The notes beneath the pieces are model-generated. The model was not told the DNA's origin. It did not search any database and was given only the letters and a program-made list of their open reading frames with translations. Position numbers and translations under genes: made by a program. A stretch of DNA of 62,754 nucleotides, the filler included. It is 4 parts of 4 records of this genome, joined end to end, with 100 filler letters (N's around TTAATTAATTAA, not from the genome) between each part and the next. Parts side by side here need not be neighbours in the genome. Positions count along the whole stretch, not along the records: positions 56,095 to 62,754 come from SRR31156797_15688; 3 more parts are not named here. One strand, 5' to 3'. The stretch's first letter is position 1. Each line of letters begins with the position of its first letter. This document shows, one piece after another, positions 58,633 through 62,754 of the stretch.

Positions 58633-59517
58633 CTAAATGATTGCCCAATTGGGGATTTGGGGATGGACGCGGGCGCCTTCGGCAATCAGGTCGGTTTCCG
58701 ACTTCAGGTATTCGAGGCGCAGCAGCGCGATGGCAAGGTTGCCCGAAGAAGAACGCATCTCGCCGGCCTGTTTTTCGCCCGCCATGATCGGCGTACCGGT
58801 TTGCGGCATAGGACCGTCGATTTCCACCGGCACCAGGCGGCGCTTGATCAGGCCGCGATATTTCGTGCGCGCCGTCAACTCCTGGCCCAAAAAACAGCCC
58901 TTGTCCCAATCGACGCCACCCAATTCATCGAAGCCGGCCTCCAACAGGATGGTCTTTTCGATCACCATGTCGCGGCTGCCGTCGGGCAGGCCCAGGCCGA
59001 TGCGATGGCTGTCGTATTCGGCGAAGTCGGTGGGCGTGGCGTCGATATCGCTTCCGGCGTCCCCGAATTCTCCCGCTGGTAGCACGATCCGCACGCCGGC
59101 TTCGGCCAGGCGCGGATCGACGAAGGCAACGCCGCCTGCGAACGGACGTGCTTGCCCGGCCCCGCCTGCCAGCCCGACAGCCGCAGCCGCACCCTCTCCG
59201 AACAGGGCGGCGACGACATTTGATCCGGCACTTTCTTCGATGCTCACACGGGCGCGCAGGCGGTACATCGACAGGCGCTTGCAGAATTCGGCGGCGCGAT
59301 TTGCTTCGCATTCGAGCCAGATGTCGCCGGCCATCTCGAAAGCGAAGAAGTCGTACAGATATTTGCCCTGCGCCGTCAGGAAGGCGGCATGCATTGCGCG
59401 TTCGGGCGAGATCTTGTGGACATCGTTGGAAACGATGCCTTGTAGAAACTCGCGCGCGTCCTCGCCCGATATGCGGATCAGCCCCCTGTTTTCGAGCACG
59501 GAAAGCCTTAAACCCAT
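58633..59517 (-). CDS. ygfZ: YgfZ/GcvT-like folate-binding Fe-S maturation protein
   Basis: G.DA..FLQG..SND, LTAQGK, Y.LRA.V, KGCFLGQE. Start set to ATG 59517. Confidence 0.92.
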   Translation of the reverse strand: MGLRLSVLENRGLIRISGEDAREFLQGIVSNDVHKISPERAMHAAFLTAQGKYLYDFFAFEMAGDIWLECEANRAAEFCKRLSMYRLRARVSIEESAGSNVVAALFGEGAAAAVGLAGGAGQARPFAGGVAFVDPRLAEAGVRIVLPAGEFGDAGSDIDATPTDFAEYDSHRIGLGLPDGSRDMVIEKTILLEAGFDELGGVDWDKGCFLGQELTARTKYRGLIKRRLVPVEIDGPMPQTGTPIMAGEKQAGEMRSSSGNLAIALLRLEYLKSETDLIAEGARVHPQIPNWAII

Positions 59518-59735
59518 TCGTTTCGATCCCGATAAAAGCCTGAAATGCGTGCCGTAAGGTGCGATACCGAATGAATTGGCCCGTTTCGGACGTTTTGACA
59601 AGGGCTCAGCCCTAGGCAAGGGGCATTTCCGGTCGTATAAATCGCCACAATGCCTGTGCACGCCAATCATTTCCCACCCCTTCCTCCGCATTTTTCGCGG
59701 TCGTCCGGTCCTGCCGAAGGCCGGGAGGGGAAATC

Positions 59736-60698
59736 ATGAGAATCCTGTTCATCACTGCCACCCGGGTCGGCGACGCCGTTTTGTCCATGGGCATCCTCGA
59801 TGCGCTTTTAAGACGCCATCCGCGGGCTCAGGTAACGATTGCCTGCGGTCCGGCGGCGGCGCAGTTGTTCGAGGCGGTGCCGAACCTGGAGCGCATCATC
59901 GTCCTTCGCAAGATGCGCTATTCGCTGCATTGGCTGGGCATGTGGTCCGAATGCATCGGGCGCAAATGGGATATTTTGGTCGACCTGCGCCGGGCGCCGC
60001 TGGCTAGGCTTCTTTTTTCCGGCACCCGCCATCACATGACGCGGAACCGCGATGCCATTCATCGGGTTGTGCAGTTGGCCGGGGTACTGGGGTTGGCCGA
60101 CGATCCGCCGTCGCCCCGGATCTGGGCCGGCAACGATCACGAGCGCAAGGCCGCTGGATTGATACCCGATGGCGAACCCGTGCTTGCCATCGGGCCGGCC
60201 GCCAACTGGCTTGCCAAGACCTGGCGCCCGGAATATTTCGCCCAACTGATCGAACGTCTGACCTCGGCGGATGGGCTGCTGCCCAACGCCAAGGTGGCGC
60301 TGTTCGGCGGTCCGGACGAACGGCCGTCGGTCATGGCGGCAATCGAATCGGTGCCGGAATCGCGCCGCATCGATCTGGTCGGTGGATTGCACCTGCTGGA
60401 GGTGTTTGCCTGCCTGAAGCGCAGCACCCTTTACATCGGCAACGATTCCGGGCTCATGCACATGGCGGCGGCGGCGGCAATACCGACACTGGGCTTGTTC
60501 GGTCCCAGCCGCGAGGAGCATTATGCGCCCTGGGGCGAATGGGGAAGCGTCGTGCGGGCAAAAAAGGATTTCGAAGAGATCTTTCCGGAAGGGTTCGACC
60601 ACCGGACCTCAAGCTCACTGATGGATAGCCTGAGCGTTGACGCGGTGGCCGAAGCGGCATCCGAGCTTTGGCAGCGCACGCGGGGGGCGGGGAAATGA
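59736..60698 (+). CDS. Glycosyltransferase family 9 (heptosyltransferase-like)
   Basis: RILFI...RVGDAVL, K.W...F, IGNDSGLMHMAAA..IPTLGLFGPS. Confidence 0.92.
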   Translation: MRILFITATRVGDAVLSMGILDALLRRHPRAQVTIACGPAAAQLFEAVPNLERIIVLRKMRYSLHWLGMWSECIGRKWDILVDLRRAPLARLLFSGTRHHMTRNRDAIHRVVQLAGVLGLADDPPSPRIWAGNDHERKAAGLIPDGEPVLAIGPAANWLAKTWRPEYFAQLIERLTSADGLLPNAKVALFGGPDERPSVMAAIESVPESRRIDLVGGLHLLEVFACLKRSTLYIGNDSGLMHMAAAAAIPTLGLFGPSREEHYAPWGEWGSVVRAKKDFEEIFPEGFDHRTSSSLMDSLSVDAVAEAASELWQRTRGAGK

Positions 60699-61453
60699 GT
60701 GCGCCCAGGCTGTCGGCGGTGATTTCCGTGCATAACGAGGAAGGCCAACTCGCCGATTGCCTTGAATGCCTGGCATTTGCCGATGAAATCGTCGTCGCGC
60801 TCGACAAATGTACCGACGGATCCAAGGCCATCGCCGAGAAGTTTGCGCAGACCGTCATCGAAGGCGCCTGGCCGACCGAAGGCCAGCGCCGCAACGCCAC
60901 CATTGCCGCCAGTTCCGGCGACTGGGTGTTGGAAGTCGACGCCGACGAACGCGTGCCGAAGGAATTGGCCGACGAAATCCGCCAAACCATCGGCAACACG
61001 ACCTTCGATTGGCACGAAATTCCTGTCGACAACTTCATCGGCGCACGTCTGGTCCGTCATGGATGGGGCGCGTCCTACGGCAAGGCAGCCTATCCGGGAC
61101 TTTTCCGTAAAGGTGTTAAAACCTGGGGCGATCAGCGCGTACATCCGCGCCTGCAATGGTCCGGGCGCAAGGGGCCGATGCTTAAATGCCGGCTGCAGCA
61201 TTATGTCGATCGCAATATCTCCGACATGATCCGGCGCCTCGACAGCTATTCGACGGCCCGCGCCCGGGACTTGCGCGATTCCGGCGACATCGGCGGCCTG
61301 CCCAACAATATCCGGCGCTTGTTTTCACGCTTCATCAAATGTTACATCCGGCGCAAGGGCTACCGGGAAGGCGGCTACGGGCTGCTGATTGCCATTTTTG
61401 CCGGGCTCTTTCCGTTGTTGTCCCACCTCAAGGCCAAGCTGGAGAAGGACTAG
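60695..61453 (+). CDS. Glycosyltransferase family 2 (WaaE/LgtF-like)
   Basis: LSAVI..HNEE..L..CL, DEIVV.LD..TD, RRN, DWVL.VDADE, VH; ATGA overlap with GT9. Confidence 0.9.
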   Translation: MSAPRLSAVISVHNEEGQLADCLECLAFADEIVVALDKCTDGSKAIAEKFAQTVIEGAWPTEGQRRNATIAASSGDWVLEVDADERVPKELADEIRQTIGNTTFDWHEIPVDNFIGARLVRHGWGASYGKAAYPGLFRKGVKTWGDQRVHPRLQWSGRKGPMLKCRLQHYVDRNISDMIRRLDSYSTARARDLRDSGDIGGLPNNIRRLFSRFIKCYIRRKGYREGGYGLLIAIFAGLFPLLSHLKAKLEKD

Positions 61454-61488
61454 AGCGCCATGGTTCTATTTGAGCGCAAGGTGCTCTG

Positions 61489-62538
61489 ATGGCCCGCATC
61501 GTACTTGCCGATGATGGTATCCGGTTCGATGGAAAGACCATTCGGGAACGGCCCTTGGGCGGGGTCGAATCCTCCGTCGTCAATCTGACGGAGGAACTGG
61601 CGCGACGCGGCCACGAGGTTCTGGTCCGCAACAAGTGCGAGGCCCCGATCACCTTCAACGGGGTCGACTGGGCGCCGATCGATGCCGGCGTGCCCTACGG
61701 CAACATGCCGATCAAGGCCGATCTCTATATCGCCAATCGTGGCGATAGGCTGATCCCGCTGATGCCGTTGGCCAGGCGCACCGTTTTCTGGATTCACAAT
61801 CCGGCCAGGTACCTGATGAAATGGCGGTATCTGTCGAAGCTGTGGCGGGTTCGGCCGGCCATTGTTTTCATCGGCACCTATCACGCCACCACTTATCCCG
61901 GATGGGCGCCGGGGGGGGACCGGATTGTCATTCCGTACGGCATTCAGGAAACCTTCCAGGGCGCCGAACCGTTGGCCGAGGCGCCGCCGCCGCGCGCCAT
62001 CTTTACGTCGAATCCGTTGCGCTCGCTCGATTGGCTGCTCGATCTGTGGGCCGGAAAAGTCCGCCCGAAGGTCCCCGATGCCGAGCTTCATGTTTTCTCG
62101 GGACCGGCCACCTACGGCGGTGTCGGCGATGCCAAGGCCGATGCCATGAAGCAGGTTCTTGACAAGGCGACGGGTCTCGCGGATATGGGGGTTGTTTTGC
62201 GTTCTCCCGTGGCCAAGGAGGAGCTCGCCGCCGAATTGCGGCAGTCCCGCGTCATGCTTTACCGTGGAGATCTGAACGAGACATTCTGCCTTGCCGTCGG
62301 CGAGGCGCAGGCGCTGGGGGTGCCGGGCGTGGTGCAGAAACTGGGCTCCGTGGTCGAAAGGGTCATCCACGGCGAAACCGGGTTTGTTGCCGGCGACGAT
62401 GGGGCGTTCACCGATTCCGCAATCAATCTCCTGTCCGATGACGGGCTGTGGCGCCGTTGTCATGAGGCCGCCATCGCAAAACAAAGCCGCTGGGGCTGGC
62501 CCGAGGCCGCCGCCGCCTTCGAGGAACTGATTCCATGA
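61489..62538 (+). CDS. Glycosyltransferase family 4
   Basis: LGGVES....L..ELA.RGHEV, S.P.RSL..LL, ETFCLA..EAQA.G.P.V. Confidence 0.88.
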   Translation: MARIVLADDGIRFDGKTIRERPLGGVESSVVNLTEELARRGHEVLVRNKCEAPITFNGVDWAPIDAGVPYGNMPIKADLYIANRGDRLIPLMPLARRTVFWIHNPARYLMKWRYLSKLWRVRPAIVFIGTYHATTYPGWAPGGDRIVIPYGIQETFQGAEPLAEAPPPRAIFTSNPLRSLDWLLDLWAGKVRPKVPDAELHVFSGPATYGGVGDAKADAMKQVLDKATGLADMGVVLRSPVAKEELAAELRQSRVMLYRGDLNETFCLAVGEAQALGVPGVVQKLGSVVERVIHGETGFVAGDDGAFTDSAINLLSDDGLWRRCHEAAIAKQSRWGWPEAAAAFEELIP

Positions 62539-62754
62539 TGCGAATCCTGCAGGCCATGGCCGGGGCCGAACACGGCGGTGCCGAAAACTTCTTCATGCGC
62601 CTGGTACCGGCCCTGCACCGTGCCGGCGTGCAGCAACTGGTGGTGATCCGCAAAAACGCCGAACGCGCCGCCGCCCTGCGCGACATCGGGATCGAACCGG
62701 TCGAACTGGCCTTCGGCGGCCGCATGGACATGTTCACGCCGATGGCGATGAAGC
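62535..62754 (+). CDS. Glycosyltransferase family 4, N-terminal fragment running off the window
   Basis: Manual translation MMRILQAMAGAEHGGAENFFMRLVPALHRAGVQQ...; ATGA overlap with the previous gene. Confidence 0.8.
   Translation, partial: MMRILQAMAGAEHGGAENFFMRLVPALHRAGVQQLVVIRKNAERAAALRDIGIEPVELAFGGRMDMFTPMAMK

Noticed and set aside
58544..58909. 121-aa N-terminal extension of the methyltransferase
   Set aside because: It overlaps ygfZ in another frame and is an Arg/Pro-rich artefact of GC-rich DNA.
58637..62484. Long antisense ORFs (58637-59557 +, 59808-60602 -, 61450-62484 -)
   Set aside because: Expected stop-poor shadows of ygfZ and the glycosyltransferases in high-GC sequence.
1..62754. 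Functional link between ygfZ (fragment 4) and hydF or purU (fragment 1); also rRNA, tRNA, IS, prophage and defence systems
   Set aside because: The fragments come from different organisms, so there is no real linkage. No sequence support was seen for the other element types.

Overview
This window is not one contiguous locus. It joins four fragments with three identical artificial 100-bp linkers (44 N + TTAATTAATTAA + 44 N) at 29454-29553, 50571-50670 and 55995-56094. Fragments 1 (1-29453) and 2 (29554-50570) are AT-rich Bacteroidota DNA, supported by T9SS cargo, PorP/SprF and TAnnTTTG promoters; an anaerobic marine Marinilabiliales-type organism is an inference. Fragment 1 holds a partial PEP-synthase/PPDK-like gene, a YDG/MBG T9SS protein paired with a beta-barrel, a complete trp operon with an unannotated Trp leader peptide/attenuator and an internal LysE exporter, purU-tlpA-hisHAF(IE), a PAS kinase divergent from hydF, and an aspartase-NtrC-ppx-ABC run. 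Fragment 2 holds a giant Ig-repeat T9SS type-B adhesin with PorP and a PorE-like protein lacking OmpA, a beta-propeller T9SS protein, an ECF sigma, msrC, a degenerate folB, two two-component systems and an SDR. Fragment 3 (50671-55994, roughly half GC, a different organism) has an ECF sigma/anti-sigma pair, a hybrid kinase and a receiver protein. Fragment 4 (56095-62754, GC-rich, alphaproteobacteria-like) has a trmO-like fragment, cupin, Rid, a DUF6881 fusion, a methyltransferase, ygfZ and LPS glycosyltransferases. I saw no rRNA, tRNA, CRISPR array, transposase or phage gene. No clearly new system can be proven from sequence alone. The best leads are the attenuated trp operon with an embedded exporter, the PAS kinase/hydF/divergent aspartase cluster, and two T9SS cargo-partner pairs. 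All product calls come from motif recognition, not database searches.
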